Origin: a virus | DNA length: 62,653 bases | Direction: 5' to 3' (one strand) | IMG/VR virus record: IMGVR_UViG_3300011921_000001 | Span: 1 to 62,653 of that record | Shown: positions 23,584-33,300 of the stretch, in pieces | Position numbering within the stretch: position 1 is the first letter of the stretch | How the letters are laid out: each line of letters opens with the position of its first letter | Translations under genes and position numbers: made by a program | Notes under the pieces: generated by a model | What the model was told of the DNA's origin: nothing | What the model saw: the letters and a program-made list of their open reading frames with translations, nothing else | Database searches by the model: none

Positions 23584-25143
23584 GTGGAAATAGTTGAAGA
23601 CAAGGCACTCGTCTTTCGAACGCGTAACCCGCAAAGATATAACCTTATCCCCAAGCACAAGATACTTGAGCGCGAGGGTGACACGTACAAAATCGCGGTG
23701 TACTGGGGGCTCGAAGAGGTACGGGTGCTGCGCAACCTCGGCGTCAAAGATGTGCCCTCGCCCATCACGCGGCGCTACAACTGGCCGGGGCGCTACAAGC
23801 CTATGGCGCATCAGGTCGAGACCGCATCGTTCCTCACCGTCAACCGCAAAGCCTTCGTCTTTAACGACCCCGGCACTGGCAAGACGCTTGCAGCGCTGTG
23901 GGCGGCTGACTACCTGATGAACCGTGGGCTTGTGCGCCGTGTGCTGATACTGTGCCCACTGTCGATCATGCACGCAGCGTGGATGAGTGACCTCAACAAC
24001 TCCATCATCCATCGCTCGGCCATCGTCGCGCACCATGCGCAGTCTGCCAAGCGCATCGAGATGATTCAGTCGGACTATGAGTTTGTGATCTGCAACTACG
24101 ACGGGCTCAACCTGATCGCAGATGAGATCAACGCAGACGGCAGGTTCGACCTTGTGATCGTCGATGAGGCCAACGCCTACAAGACCATGACCACTAGGCG
24201 GTGGAAGACGCTCAAGGCCATCATCAAGCCTGACACGTACCTGTGGATGATGACGGGCACACCCGCTTCGCAGTCGCCTGCTGATGCGTACGGCCTTGCC
24301 AAGCTGGTCAACCCACAAGGCGTGCCGCAGTTCTTCACAGCATGGCGTGATCTGGTGATGATGAAGCTCACCATGTTCAAGTGGGGGCCTAAGCCCACGG
24401 CCAAGGACGATGTGTTCAACGCACTGCAGCCCGCCATCAGGTTCACCAAGGAGCAGTGCCTTGACCTGCCGCCTGTCATGACGCTAGTGCGCGAGGTGCC
24501 GCTCACGCCGCAGCAGACCAAGTACTACAACATGCTCAAGGATCAGATGATGGTGCACACAGCCGGAACGACCATCACCGCTGTTAACGCCGCTGCGGGC
24601 GTCAGCAAGCTGCTGCAGATCAGTTGTGGCGCGGCCTACACCGACGAGAAGGAGGTGGTCGAGTTCGACTCAGCGCCGCGCTTGGGCGTGCTCGAAGAGA
24701 TACTGGAGGAGACCGAGCGCAAGGTCATCGTCTTCGCGCTGTTTCGCTCCACCATTGACGCCATCCACACGCACCTGACCAAAAAGGGCATCAAGGCCGA
24801 GGTTATCCACGGCGGTGTGAGCGCGACAAAACGCGCTGACATCATCCACAGGTTCCAGACCCAGCCCGACCCACGGCTGCTTGTCATGCAGCCGCAAGCA
24901 ACGGCACACGGGATTACCCTAACAGCCGCAGACACGGTGGTCTTATACGGCCCGCTGATGTCGGTTGAGCAGTACATCCAGTGCATCGCACGGGCTGACC
25001 GCAAGGGCCAGAACAGCGACAAGGTGACGGTGCTGCACATCCAGGGCTCCCCCATCGAGCGCAAGATGTTCAAGGCGCTGACAGCCCGCGTCACTGACAA
25101 CGACCTGCTCACGGCCATGTTCGAGGCCGAAATTAAATCTTAA
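23584..25143 (+). CDS. SNF2-family helicase/ATPase (519 aa, GTG start)
   Basis: DPGTGKT (motif I), VIVDEANAYK (motif II), C-terminal helicase motif QCIARADRKGQ. Confidence 0.85.
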   Translation: MEIVEDKALVFRTRNPQRYNLIPKHKILEREGDTYKIAVYWGLEEVRVLRNLGVKDVPSPITRRYNWPGRYKPMAHQVETASFLTVNRKAFVFNDPGTGKTLAALWAADYLMNRGLVRRVLILCPLSIMHAAWMSDLNNSIIHRSAIVAHHAQSAKRIEMIQSDYEFVICNYDGLNLIADEINADGRFDLVIVDEANAYKTMTTRRWKTLKAIIKPDTYLWMMTGTPASQSPADAYGLAKLVNPQGVPQFFTAWRDLVMMKLTMFKWGPKPTAKDDVFNALQPAIRFTKEQCLDLPPVMTLVREVPLTPQQTKYYNMLKDQMMVHTAGTTITAVNAAAGVSKLLQISCGAAYTDEKEVVEFDSAPRLGVLEEILEETERKVIVFALFRSTIDAIHTHLTKKGIKAEVIHGGVSATKRADIIHRFQTQPDPRLLVMQPQATAHGITLTAADTVVLYGPLMSVEQYIQCIARADRKGQNSDKVTVLHIQGSPIERKMFKALTARVTDNDLLTAMFEAEIKS

Positions 25144-25180
25144 AAGGAGGCACTTGCACAACCCAAAAATCCATGTACAC

Positions 25181-25197
25181 TGTCCAACGCTTGACAA
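25181..25197 (+). promoter_or_regulatory. 17-bp motif TGTCCAACGCTTGACAA, copy 2
   Basis: Exact copy of 14446-14462; intergenic, ends 18 nt upstream of the TTG start at 25216. Confidence 0.8.
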
Positions 25198-25215
25198 AAC
25201 AACAGGAGAAAGCAC

Positions 25216-25626
25216 TTGACTGAAACTGAAGATGAGGTGGTTCCAATCGACCTCCTCGTGAAAATCCACAGCCGGATTAAAGGGCGCATCGACACGCTGA
25301 CCAAGGAGTACGACACTGCGGTGGAGCAACTCAAGGCACAGCAAGACGAGGTGCGCTTTGCCATCAAAGACAAGATGAAAGCCCTCGGGCTCAAGTCTGT
25401 CAACACCTCCTACGGGACGGTCTCCCTCTCGACCAAGACGCGCTACAGCACGCAGGACTGGGACTCGTTCAAGAAGTTCATTCTTGAGCACCAGATTGTT
25501 GACCTGCTGGAAAAGCGCATCGCACAGACGAACATGGCGACCTTCCTGCAAGAGAATCCGGGGGCTGTGCCTCCCGGACTGAACTCGTACACTGAGTTCG
25601 AAATTCGCGTAACTAAATCCAAATGA
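25216..25626 (+). CDS. Hypothetical coiled-coil protein (136 aa, TTG start); possibly Gam/Gp157-like
   Basis: AGGAGAAAGCAC RBS; N-terminal coiled coil then a beta-rich domain; family assignment is from memory only. Confidence 0.35.
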   Translation: MTETEDEVVPIDLLVKIHSRIKGRIDTLTKEYDTAVEQLKAQQDEVRFAIKDKMKALGLKSVNTSYGTVSLSTKTRYSTQDWDSFKKFILEHQIVDLLEKRIAQTNMATFLQENPGAVPPGLNSYTEFEIRVTKSK

Positions 25627-25633
25627 GTTAACC

Positions 25634-26617
25634 ATGAGCAACATCACACTTTTTAGCGCATCCAACGTCCCCGCCTTCGCTCGCAACAACGAGCTGTCTG
25701 AAACTGCCAAGGCCCTGACGGGCGGCGGTGCTGGCCTGTCCACCAAGCGCATCTCCATCAAGGGCGGCGTCTTCCGTCTGGTGTCTGGTGGCAAGGAGAT
25801 CGCAGCCATCGAAGACCGCCACCTCGATGTGGTGATCGTCAAGGCCGCGCCCAAGGTCAGCCGCATCTTCTATGCAGGCGCATACGACAAGGACGCTGCC
25901 GCTGCACCTCCCAACTGCTGGAGCAATGACGGTGAGAAGCCCGACGCCTCCATCAAGGAGCCACAAAACGCGACCTGCATGGGCTGCCCCCAGAACGAAG
26001 CTGGGTCTGGCAACGGCAACAGCCGCGCCTGCCGCTTCCAACAGCGCTTGGCTGTGGTGCTGGCCAACAACCCCGAAGGTGATGTGCTGCAGCTCACGCT
26101 GCCCGCAACGTCTATCTTCGGCAAGGAGGACGGCGACAAGCGCCCACTGCAGGCATACGCCCGCTTCTTGGCCGCGCAGACCCCGCCCGTCAATCCCGAG
26201 CAGATCGTCACCCGCATGAAGTTCGACACCAAGGCCGAGAGCCCCAAGCTGTTCTTCACGCCCGTGCGCTGGCTTGAGGATGCCGAGTACGAGACCGTCA
26301 TGGGGCAAGCTGACAGTGAGGAGGCCAAGCGTGCTGTGCTGCTGACCGTGGCGCAGGCCGATGGCGTCAAGGCCCCACCGATGGCGATCCCCGGCAAGCC
26401 CACGCAAGCCAGGGCCGTGCCCAAGGTCGAGCCTGAAGCCGAGGAGGTCGTGGAGGAAGAAGCCCCAGCGCCCAAGCCAGCCAAGGCCCCCAAGACCAAG
26501 CCCGTGGCGTCCGAGGACGACGAGCCAGAAGTTCGCAAGGCTCCCTCCAAGGAGACTGCGGTGCCCGCCAAGAAGTCCAAGCTCGCTGACATCGTGAGCG
26601 ACTGGGACGACGAGTAA
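25634..26617 (+). CDS. Putative ssDNA-binding protein (327 aa) with Cys4 cluster and acidic C-terminal tail
   Basis: CWSNDG...CMGCP...CRF Cys cluster, Pro/Ala/Lys-rich linker, terminal DIVSDWDDE; architecture resembles T4 gp32. Confidence 0.5.
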   Translation: MSNITLFSASNVPAFARNNELSETAKALTGGGAGLSTKRISIKGGVFRLVSGGKEIAAIEDRHLDVVIVKAAPKVSRIFYAGAYDKDAAAAPPNCWSNDGEKPDASIKEPQNATCMGCPQNEAGSGNGNSRACRFQQRLAVVLANNPEGDVLQLTLPATSIFGKEDGDKRPLQAYARFLAAQTPPVNPEQIVTRMKFDTKAESPKLFFTPVRWLEDAEYETVMGQADSEEAKRAVLLTVAQADGVKAPPMAIPGKPTQARAVPKVEPEAEEVVEEEAPAPKPAKAPKTKPVASEDDEPEVRKAPSKETAVPAKKSKLADIVSDWDDE

Positions 26618-26746
26618 GGAGTTCGGGGGGAAAGCGGATGCTGCAGCGGGTCGGCCAGACCGCAAGGATGCTCACCTAGCTGGATAAAGAAGCAGCCGTA
26701 TAGCCAGCTATAGCCGCAGACGCAGCGAGTACCCCCACCTATCACA

Positions 26747-27025
26747 ATGCCCTATTCCCAAAAAGTTGTTGACGCTGTAATGTCAGCGCCCAAGACCCCC
26801 GGCAACCAGTTGGGGCGATGGGCTGTCCACCTTGATTTTCCCGTGACCAAAATTGCGATAGCACTGGGCGTTACCCGACAGACCGTGTACAACTGGTTCT
26901 TCGGCAAAGACGTTTTCATCGCATATCAAAATCGCGTGGAGCTTTTACTAACAATCATGAAGTCCTCACGCACAGCAGATGAGGCATGGAGAAGAATATG
27001 TCACGAGTACAACTTGCCAACATGA
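26747..27025 (+). CDS. Helix-turn-helix DNA-binding protein (92 aa)
   Basis: KIAIALGVTRQTVYNWFFG is a classic HTH; no obvious SD sequence. Confidence 0.55.
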   Translation: MPYSQKVVDAVMSAPKTPGNQLGRWAVHLDFPVTKIAIALGVTRQTVYNWFFGKDVFIAYQNRVELLLTIMKSSRTADEAWRRICHEYNLPT

Positions 27026-27150
27026 CAGACGAAGAGTTGCTGCGCCACGCGTACATGGAGAAAGATGACCCGCTTGTGCAGGAGTTGTGCACCCGTGTGG
27101 CCCGCCTCATTGATGAGAACGCCGAACTCAAAGCCAGCCTGACAGACTAA
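27022..27150 (+). CDS. Possible small protein (42 aa)
   Basis: Hand-translated (MTDEELLRHAYMEKDDPLVQELCTRVARLIDENAELKASLTD); ATGA overlap; no SD sequence. Confidence 0.35.
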   Translation: MTDEELLRHAYMEKDDPLVQELCTRVARLIDENAELKASLTD

Positions 27151-27171
27151 CCCCCAGCGCCAAGGAGCCTT

Positions 27172-30144
27172 ATGACACCGCTTGAGTTTCTAGCGGAGGT
27201 TCTGCCGTCGCCGGGTAATGGGTATTACTGCGCCGCTGAGCTTACAAACAAAAAAGAACACGTTTTTAAGGAGACACTTGAAGAGCTAATTCCAACAATT
27301 GAGCGCTGGTCCGCCAAGGGCTACGACACGTACTTCGCGCTGGGCACGTTCGGCACGAGCAAAGACCGCACCAAGGACAACATGCACGCCAGCCAAGTGC
27401 TGGCGGTTGATCTTGACTGCAACCACCCCAAGGACATCCCGCAACCCGACAAGGACACGGGCGAGATGGTCATCAAGCCCAAGGCATACCCAAGCGCCAA
27501 AGCTGCCGCGCAGGCACTTGAAAAGTTCTGTGAAGACACGGGGCTCGCAGCACTGGGCGATCCGTGGATAGTGCACTCGGGCGGCGGCATACACGCGTAC
27601 TGGCCGCTGAGCGAGATGATGTTCAAGGAGGACTGGTTCCCCGTGGCCAAGCGCTTCAAGGAGCTGTGCCACAAGCACGGCCTGAAGATCGACAACGCTG
27701 TGACTGGGGATGCGTCCAGGGTGCTGCGTGTGTTTGATACCACCAATACCGGGGTCAAGAACGGCAAGCGTGTGCGGGAAGCCACCAAGGTTCGCTTCAT
27801 CACTGAGGGCAACCGCTTCGCCGTGGACGACATCGACGCTATCTTGACGGCTGAAGGCATTGACAAAACAGCACCACCGCCCCCACCCACCACGCTGGCG
27901 CTGCCAGGGCAACGTCCGACCAGTGTCAAGGCACTGTCGCCCACGGCGCAGGCCATCATTGGCAACAGCATCACGCGCTTCAAGAAAATCTTGCTCAAGA
28001 CCCGTGACGGCACGGGCTGCGGGCAGATCGCACACTACATCGAGAACGCTGATGAGGATGGCACGGAGCCGCTGTGGCGTGGGCTGCTGAGCTGGACCAA
28101 GGTCTGCGTAGATGGCTCGAAAGCGGCGGTGTGGTTGAGCGACATGCACCCGTACGACCACGACAGGATGTACAGGAAGCTGCACGAGATCAAGGGGCCG
28201 TACTCGTGCGAGGCCATGAACGATGCCAACCCCGGCGTGTGCAATAAGTGCCAGCACAGGGGCAAGATCACAAACCCGCTGGGCTGGGGGCGCGAGGTCA
28301 ATTCAGTGACCGAGGCCGTTGAGATTGAGGTGCAGGTCGAGGATGCGGCACCCCAGAAGCTGTACCGCCCAGAGCCCCCTCGGGGGTATGCGTTCGGCAA
28401 GTACGGCGGCGTGTTCATCGAGAAGGAGGAAGAGGACGGGGACGGCAACACGCAAAAGCGCCAGCACATGCTGCTGCCGTACGATCTGTTCCCCGTGGAC
28501 ATCCTGAACAACAACGGCGTCCATGAGATACACATGCTGGCGGTGCGCAACGAGCATGTGCAAGAAGTGCTGCTGCCGCAAAAGAGCATCGCGGCCAAAG
28601 ACGATGCGCTCAAGCATCTGGCCAGCCAGAACATCATGGCGTCTTTCGGCTCGGGCAATGACAAGAACCTGTACGAGTATGTCCGCGCAAGTGTGGAGAA
28701 GATGAGCACGGAGAAGTCGCCCATACGCATCCCCTCGGCGTATGGCTGGCAAGAGGACGACAGCTTCGTCTTCAACAGCACCATCTTCAAGGCTGGTGCT
28801 GCCCCCGTGTTCGTGCCTATGGCGGGGCTGGAGAACATCGTCTCCAACACCAAGCCCACCGGCTCACTCGACGAGTGGCGCAAGGTCATCAACATGATGG
28901 TGAGGCGCAAACTGTGGAAGCACCTGACGGTGTTCTTGGCGGGCGCGGCGTCCCCCCTCATGCGTTTCACGGGCCTCTTTGGTGTGACGCTGCACTGCGC
29001 CTCGGCAGAGTCGGGTACCGGCAAGTCGCTGGCACTGGACGCTGCGGCATCCATCTGGGGCCACCCGGTGCACTACCGCACGGGCTCTGGCACCTCCGCT
29101 GTGGCCATGCAGCAGCGGCTGGGCCTGCTGCGCAGCCTGCCCCTCGTGACGGACGAGATCACCACCAACAACCGCAACGACTTCGAGTGGTTCCCGGCCT
29201 TTCTCTTTAGTATGTCCGAGGGGCGCGGCAAAGAGAGGATGGAGTCGGGCACCAACCGCGAGCGGCTGAACCTGTCGATATGGGCCGCGTTCGCGCTGAT
29301 GTCTTCCAACCGCCCCGCAGTGGACTACCTGACCAGCGTGCGCCAGCACTCATCGGAAGGCGAGCTGCGCCGCCTGATCGAGATGTCGATGGACGAGAAG
29401 CTGATCTGGGACCCCGCCGAGATCGAGATCATCAAGTCTTTGCAGAGTAACTACGCCGTGGCCGGTGAGGTGCTATCGCGCTACTTTGTGGACAACATAG
29501 GCTACCTCAAGACGCTTGTGCCCCAGACCGTGGCGCAGATGTACAAGGAGTTTGATGCGCCCAACGACGAGCGCTTCTGGATGGCGGGTGCCGGGATCAT
29601 CATTGCCGCTGGCATCCTATTCAATAGCCAGCACACGGGGCTGGTGGACATCCCGCTGCAAGAGATCATCAAGGTGCTTCGCGGCACGTTCGAGAACCAG
29701 CGGGCCAGCATCGCAGGCGGCAAGCGTACGGCAGAGGATGTGCTCAACGCCTACATTCAGGAGTACCAGGGCAAGTTCGTGGTGGTCAAGTTTGGCGAGA
29801 AGGCGGGTGTCCTGGCCGCGTTCAGTGACGGCTCTATCGTCGGCAAGAACACCACGCGCACAGAGATCATGGGCCGCGTCGAGCACGGCGTGGGTGGCGG
29901 TGGTGTGGACTTCTTCATAGAGGAGCGGCTGCTGCGGGCGTACTGCTCGGCCATGAGCTTTAGCTACAACACGTTCCGCGAGCAGATATCCGCGCAGTTC
30001 ATCGTCAGCTTCATGCAGCGCAAGGACATGCTGGCCAAGACGGACGGCCCGCCCATGAGGGTCAGTGCCGTCAAGATCACCAGACGCGCAGAAGACGTAG
30101 ACGATGTCATCCTACAGCCGCTTGTTCCCGTGGCGATCCGTTGA
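27172..30144 (+). CDS. Bifunctional primase-polymerase / SF3 helicase (990 aa)
   Basis: N-terminal PrimPol motifs (LAVDLDC, HSGGGIHAYWPL); C-terminal Walker A SAESGTGKSLAL and Walker B PLVTDEI. Confidence 0.8.
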   Translation: MTPLEFLAEVLPSPGNGYYCAAELTNKKEHVFKETLEELIPTIERWSAKGYDTYFALGTFGTSKDRTKDNMHASQVLAVDLDCNHPKDIPQPDKDTGEMVIKPKAYPSAKAAAQALEKFCEDTGLAALGDPWIVHSGGGIHAYWPLSEMMFKEDWFPVAKRFKELCHKHGLKIDNAVTGDASRVLRVFDTTNTGVKNGKRVREATKVRFITEGNRFAVDDIDAILTAEGIDKTAPPPPPTTLALPGQRPTSVKALSPTAQAIIGNSITRFKKILLKTRDGTGCGQIAHYIENADEDGTEPLWRGLLSWTKVCVDGSKAAVWLSDMHPYDHDRMYRKLHEIKGPYSCEAMNDANPGVCNKCQHRGKITNPLGWGREVNSVTEAVEIEVQVEDAAPQKLYRPEPPRGYAFGKYGGVFIEKEEEDGDGNTQKRQHMLLPYDLFPVDILNNNGVHEIHMLAVRNEHVQEVLLPQKSIAAKDDALKHLASQNIMASFGSGNDKNLYEYVRASVEKMSTEKSPIRIPSAYGWQEDDSFVFNSTIFKAGAAPVFVPMAGLENIVSNTKPTGSLDEWRKVINMMVRRKLWKHLTVFLAGAASPLMRFTGLFGVTLHCASAESGTGKSLALDAAASIWGHPVHYRTGSGTSAVAMQQRLGLLRSLPLVTDEITTNNRNDFEWFPAFLFSMSEGRGKERMESGTNRERLNLSIWAAFALMSSNRPAVDYLTSVRQHSSEGELRRLIEMSMDEKLIWDPAEIEIIKSLQSNYAVAGEVLSRYFVDNIGYLKTLVPQTVAQMYKEFDAPNDERFWMAGAGIIIAAGILFNSQHTGLVDIPLQEIIKVLRGTFENQRASIAGGKRTAEDVLNAYIQEYQGKFVVVKFGEKAGVLAAFSDGSIVGKNTTRTEIMGRVEHGVGGGGVDFFIEERLLRAYCSAMSFSYNTFREQISAQFIVSFMQRKDMLAKTDGPPMRVSAVKITRRAEDVDDVILQPLVPVAIR

Positions 30145-30307
30145 GCGAGGGCAGGGGTTCTTCATCCCCTGCATCGACATAGAAGAGGTGCGGCAAGCAG
30201 GTCTCAAGGAAGCCCTGCGCTGCCGTATCCTCAACGCCCAGGCCCGCCCCAGTATCAGGGACGGGCGGCTTGGCGTGTGGTTTTATCGAGGCAAGGCCAA
30301 GAACTGA
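30104..30307 (+). CDS. Possible small protein (67 aa) spanning the convergent junction
   Basis: Track ORF with good GC3 codon pattern. It overlaps the 3' end of the primase gene by 41 nt and the 3' end of the giant - strand gene by 25 nt; weak RBS. Confidence 0.35.
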   Translation: MSSYSRLFPWRSVERGQGFFIPCIDIEEVRQAGLKEALRCRILNAQARPSIRDGRLGVWFYRGKAKN

Positions 30308-33300
30308 CGGGCAATCTGAACTTTCATTTTGTCAAGCTGCTCTAGGCGCCGGTCTTTTTCTTCCGTGGGCATCGTGGGGCTGGCCTTGATGGCGCGTTCT
30401 TGTTTGGCAAGTTCGCCCAGTTGCTTTTGCACCCGGCCCGAGATGGAAGTCTGTGCAAGGTCGTTGGCGTAGCCTTGCGCAAACTCTTGCGCTTCTGCTC
30501 GCTTGCCTTCCTCAACCAGCTTGTTGTACGAACCCTTGATCCGCTTGATCTCTTGCATCCGGTCGTACGCCTCATCGAGCGTGCCCCGGCCTTCTACCGG
30601 CTGGAACAGCCCGCCAATCAGAGGCACTTTGCTCGGCTTGGTCGAGGGCTCCGCAATCTCTTTCTGGTCAGCCGCCAGTATCGGGTTGGCAAGCTGCACA
30701 ATGGCAATACCGAGCCCGCCGAAGTAGCCACGGATCAGGTAGTCGATGCTGATGGGGGAGATGTCAGACACTTTACCCGTGGCTTGGCCAAGCAGCTTGG
30801 CAACTTCCGTGGTGTTCGTGCGGTACCTGTCAGTGGCCAGTTGCTCTTTCTCCCGCGCAGACTCAATGTCGCCTTGAAAGAACGATTTACCCAGCACCAC
30901 TTCGGTCAAGGGCTTGATGGCCTGCGGCAGCGAGAACGGGTTAGTTTGGTCAAGCAACTTGCCCAGCCCTTTGAGCGTCTTGCCTGCCTTCTCATCGTTT
31001 GCTGCCATGCCGTAGATAGCCTCGGGCAGCGCTTTGAACAAGAAGCCCAGCTCAAACGGGATAGGCACACGCACTGGCTCAGAGACACCGGGGATGTACA
31101 CAAACCAGTTGGCAAAACGCTCCTCTGGTTTGGCGCGTTTGTACGCCTCATCGTCTTCCATCACGGCGGCATACGCGAGCGTGCCCATCGCTAGAAGAGC
31201 GCCGCGTGCCATCATCTTCTCTTTGATCTTCAGCTTCTCACTGTGCGGCATGTCGCCCTTGTACGCCCGGTATATAACGTCCAGACCTTGAATCTGCGCG
31301 TTAAAGAACGGGATCATTATCGACAGCCAGTGCATACTGGGAGAGACGCCGCGCCGCCCGAAGTTCATTGACTCCAAAGTGCGGTTGAGCGCCTCTTGCT
31401 CAGACATGCCTTTGGCCAAAGAGTCTTTGTACACCACGATACGTGTGGCAGCGTCCGCCTGCATTGCAAGCGCATCGGCTTTAGCCAGCGTCTTGGCCCA
31501 CAGCGACTTACCTGCCGAAATGTCTTTGATGAACTTGGCCGTATCGCGCTCATCGCCGCTGAACACGTTGCTGCTGATAGCGCCAGTTTCCATGAGCTTG
31601 CGCTCGGTTTCGTTGCGCCCAGCCACCATGCTGGCCATCTCTTTCATCGAAGACAGCACCGGCACTGCGTCAGTACCTGTGGTCATCCACGCATTCAATG
31701 GGTCACGAATCATCTGGCGTATGGCGTATGCGGGCACACGCGTAACAAACTTGCGCAAGATATCTGACGGGTAGCCCATCAACCGCACGATGCCCGGCAC
31801 CGTGGTCTTGATGCCCTCCATACCCTTGAGGATCAGTTCTGCAGGAATACCGTACAGGTCCGTGTCAATGACAGCGTGATAGTCCTTGCCGTTCTTTTTG
31901 AACCGTACAACATCGGGGCTTGCCGGACCCGCGCCTTCACCTATACGGCTGGCGATGCCCAGCTTTTGCAACAAGAACCCCATCTCTTTGACGGTCTGGT
32001 TGCGCAGCCCCATGTTGGTAATCATGTAGGTGTTCTGCACCGCACTGGTAAAAACCGGCAGTATGTACTCGTTGCCGCCCACAAGCGCCTGCAGTTGTGG
32101 CTCATCCTTGATGTTGGAGATGCGCACGGGCGTCTCCTTGTCAATCATCAACTGCACTTCACCGTTCTTGTTTACGCGGTAGTACGGCACATACGTAACC
32201 GCTTTGAGTTCAGCGGCTTTCTGCGGTGTCATCACGCCCGTCTGCACAAGCCAGTCCATGAGCCCTGCGTTGTACTGCTTGTAGAGTTTGGCAGCGTTCT
32301 CAAACGCGGCCTTAGCGGGCTTGTCGGCGTTAAGCTGCGCCACGATGCCGTCATACTCGGCCTTGGCCTTGCCAGGGTTCTCGAAGTTGAGCTTTTCCCA
32401 ACCAACTTGTTTGGCACGCTCACCGGCCAGATAGACCGTGAACATGTTCTCCAGCTCTGTCGGGTTGGCCATCTTTGCCGCGTTCAACGCCTCGGCTACC
32501 TCGGTCATATTGACGCCCTTGGTGCTGCGAAACAGGCTCTGCGTGAAGCCGTCTTTCTTGGTCAGCTCAAGGCGCATGGGGCCGTTGGTCAGGAACTGCT
32601 GCGAGTACTGGCTGGCGTGCTGCCCAAAGTTAATCAGGTACTGCGCGTTTGTGGCTTCCAACGAGTCTATCTGCCCCTCGTTCATGCCCTTCTTCAGCGC
32701 CTCGCGCAGTGCGCCCCAGCGGTCAACGTACTGCACACGCCCAGCCAGCCCAAAGAGGTTGCCAAAAAACGTGTCAACGATGCCGGGTTCGCGGCCCACA
32801 ACGGAGGAACTCTGCTCTCTGCGCAAGCGAAAAGCCGTCTGCCCATCAGCAGCGCGGTACGGCCCAATCGTTTTGTTGGCAAACGCTTTGCGCGACTGCC
32901 GGAGCACGTTAAACACATCCGATGTAGACAGGCGCGGTAGTGCGGCAAAGCCCATATCGCGCAGCCCCGCCCGCACCATGCCCACCAGCTCTTTAAGCCA
33001 GCGTCCGGCTTTCTCGCGGAACGATTCCGTAACTCGCGCCTCTTCGGTGTGCGCAATGATCTCGCGCAGCGCCTGCAACTTCTGCATTTCCTCGCTGCGG
33101 CCAAGGGCGTCATTAGCTTTGACGACCTGCACCACCTCGGCCACAAGCTTCTTGCCACCAATCTGTTCAGCCAACGCAATCACGTCAGTGTCTTGCGCAA
33201 ACTGGTTGAGGCGTTTTGCACCGATGACCGTATCAACGCCATAGTGGCCGATGATCTCGTGCGCAATTGTTTTCTCAAGGTCTGTGGTATCTGTGTGCTG

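Noticed and set aside
25154-25219. A 21-codon TTG-initiated micro-ORF with an AAGGAGG RBS, ending in a TTGA overlap with the 25216 start (possible leader peptide).
   Set aside because: It has a non-ATG start and no equivalent micro-ORF at the other copy of the 17-bp motif, where the frame differs. A chance ORF cannot be distinguished without ribosome profiling.
7597-30307. A lysogeny module (integrase, CI/Cro-type switch, excisionase).
   Set aside because: No ORF shows tyrosine- or serine-recombinase motifs. The three HTH proteins are small and are not arranged as a divergent repressor pair. The phage is treated as virulent by inference only.
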